566 nucleotides of DNA from Escherichia coli (GTDB taxonomy: Bacteria > Pseudomonadota > Gammaproteobacteria > Enterobacterales > Enterobacteriaceae): assembly GCF_003334405.1 (NCBI RefSeq), contig NZ_QOWM01000063.1, one strand, 5' to 3'. Every line of letters starts with the position of its first letter. The stretch's first letter is position 1. The notes beneath the pieces are model-generated. The model was not told the origin of the DNA. It searched no databases and saw nothing but the letters and a program-made list of their open reading frames with translations. The position numbers and the translations under genes are program-made. Positions 1 to 566 of the stretch are shown here, one piece after another.

Positions 1-57
1 GTCCTTCATCGCCTCTGACTGCCAGGGCATCCACCGTGTACGCTTAGTCGCTTAACC
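1..57 (-). rRNA. rrl: 23S ribosomal RNA, 5' end (partial; gene continues beyond the left edge of the window)
   Basis: Reverse complement of 1..57 reads GGTTAAGCGACTAAGCGTACACGGTGGATGCCCTGGCAGTCAGAGGCGATGAAGGAC, which matches the canonical mature 5' end of enterobacterial 23S rRNA as I recall it. Position 57 is the inferred mature 5' nucleotide; the exact end depends on processing. Confidence 0.93.
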
Positions 58-164
58 TCACAACCCGAAGATGTTTCTTACGATTCATCATCGTGTTGCG
101 AAAATTTGAGAGACTCACGAACAACTTTCATTGTTCAGTGTTTCAATTTTCAGCTTGATCCAGA

Positions 165-177
165 TTTTTAAAGAGCA
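165..177 (-). promoter_or_regulatory. boxA-like antitermination element in the spacer (minus-strand TGCTCTTTAAAAA)
   Basis: Reverse complement of 165..177 is TGCTCTTTAAAAA, one mismatch from the rrn boxA consensus TGCTCTTTAACAA. It sits between tRNA-Ala and 23S, where the spacer boxA lies in E. coli rrn operons. Function inferred from established knowledge of the rrn Nus-factor antitermination system, not from sequence alone. Confidence 0.55.
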
Positions 178-240
178 AAACTTCGCAGTGAACCTTTGCA
201 GGTACACTCTGAAGTATTTTTTATTTAATCACTACAGAGA

Positions 241-316
241 TGGTGGAGCTATGCGGGATCGAACCGCAGACCTCCTGCGTGCAAAGCAGGCGCTCTCCCA
301 GCTGAGCTATAGCCCC
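241..316 (-). tRNA. tRNA-Ala (anticodon UGC), 76 nt including encoded 3' CCA
   Basis: Reverse complement of 241..316 reads GGGGCTATAGCTCAGCTGGGAGAGCGCCTGCTTTGCACGCAGGAGGTCTGCGGTTCGATCCCGCATAGCTCCACCA. It has a 7-bp acceptor stem, a D-loop motif AGCTCAGCTGGGAGAGC, anticodon stem CCTGC/GCAGG with loop TTTGCAC (anticodon UGC; plus-strand gca at 281..283), a T-arm GGTTCGATCC and an encoded CCA end. It matches the E. coli spacer tRNA-Ala(UGC) as recalled. Which paralog (alaT/alaU/alaV) cannot be told from this window. Confidence 0.95.
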
Positions 317-358
317 ATAACATGTAGTTAAAACCTCTTCAAATTTGCCGTGCAAATT

Positions 359-435
<77 letters not shown>

Positions 436-503
436 GTAGAGGTTTTACTGCTCATTTTCATCAGACAATCTGTGTGAGCACTGCAAAGTACGCTTCTTTA
501 AGG

Positions 504-566
504 TAAGGAGGTGATCCAACCGCAGGTTCCCCTACGGTTACCTTGTTACGACTTCACCCCAGTCAT
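504..566 (-). rRNA. rrs: 16S ribosomal RNA, 3' end (partial; gene continues beyond the right edge of the window)
   Basis: Reverse complement of 504..566 reads ATGACTGGGGTGAAGTCGTAACAAGGTAACCGTAGGGGAACCTGCGGTTGGATCACCTCCTTA, the conserved 16S 3' terminal domain (helices 44-45) ending in the anti-Shine-Dalgarno sequence CACCTCCTTA (plus-strand taaggaggtg at 504..513). Position 504 is the inferred mature 3' nucleotide. Confidence 0.95.

Noticed and set aside
131-331. 66-aa ORF on the plus strand from the six-frame track
   Set aside because: It is fully antisense to tRNA-Ala(UGC) and the rrn spacer, has no recognisable ribosome-binding site or domain-like sequence, and the region is already explained by structural RNA genes. 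It is treated as a spurious ORF, not a CDS.
504-513. taaggaggtg on the plus strand, which looks like a strong Shine-Dalgarno ribosome-binding site
   Set aside because: It is the reverse complement of the 16S rRNA 3' terminal anti-Shine-Dalgarno sequence (CACCTCCTTA). No ORF follows it on the plus strand within the window, so it is not a translation initiation signal.

Overview
This window is the 16S-23S internal transcribed spacer of a bacterial ribosomal RNA operon, transcribed from the minus strand. Read on the minus strand it runs: 3' end of 16S rRNA (566..504), spacer, tRNA-Ile(GAU) (435..359), 42-nt spacer, tRNA-Ala(UGC) (316..241), spacer with a boxA-like antitermination motif, then the 5' end of 23S rRNA (57..1). 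The rRNA termini and both tRNAs match, from memory, the Escherichia coli / Enterobacteriaceae sequences, so this looks like an Ile/Ala-type rrn operon (as in E. coli rrnA/rrnD/rrnH). The one ORF in the six-frame track (131..331 +) is a translation artefact lying antisense to tRNA-Ala and the spacer. I see no evidence of a novel or undescribed system; this is one of the most conserved, best-characterised loci in bacterial genomes. No database search or folding was run; every call rests on reading the sequence and on recalled canonical sequences.
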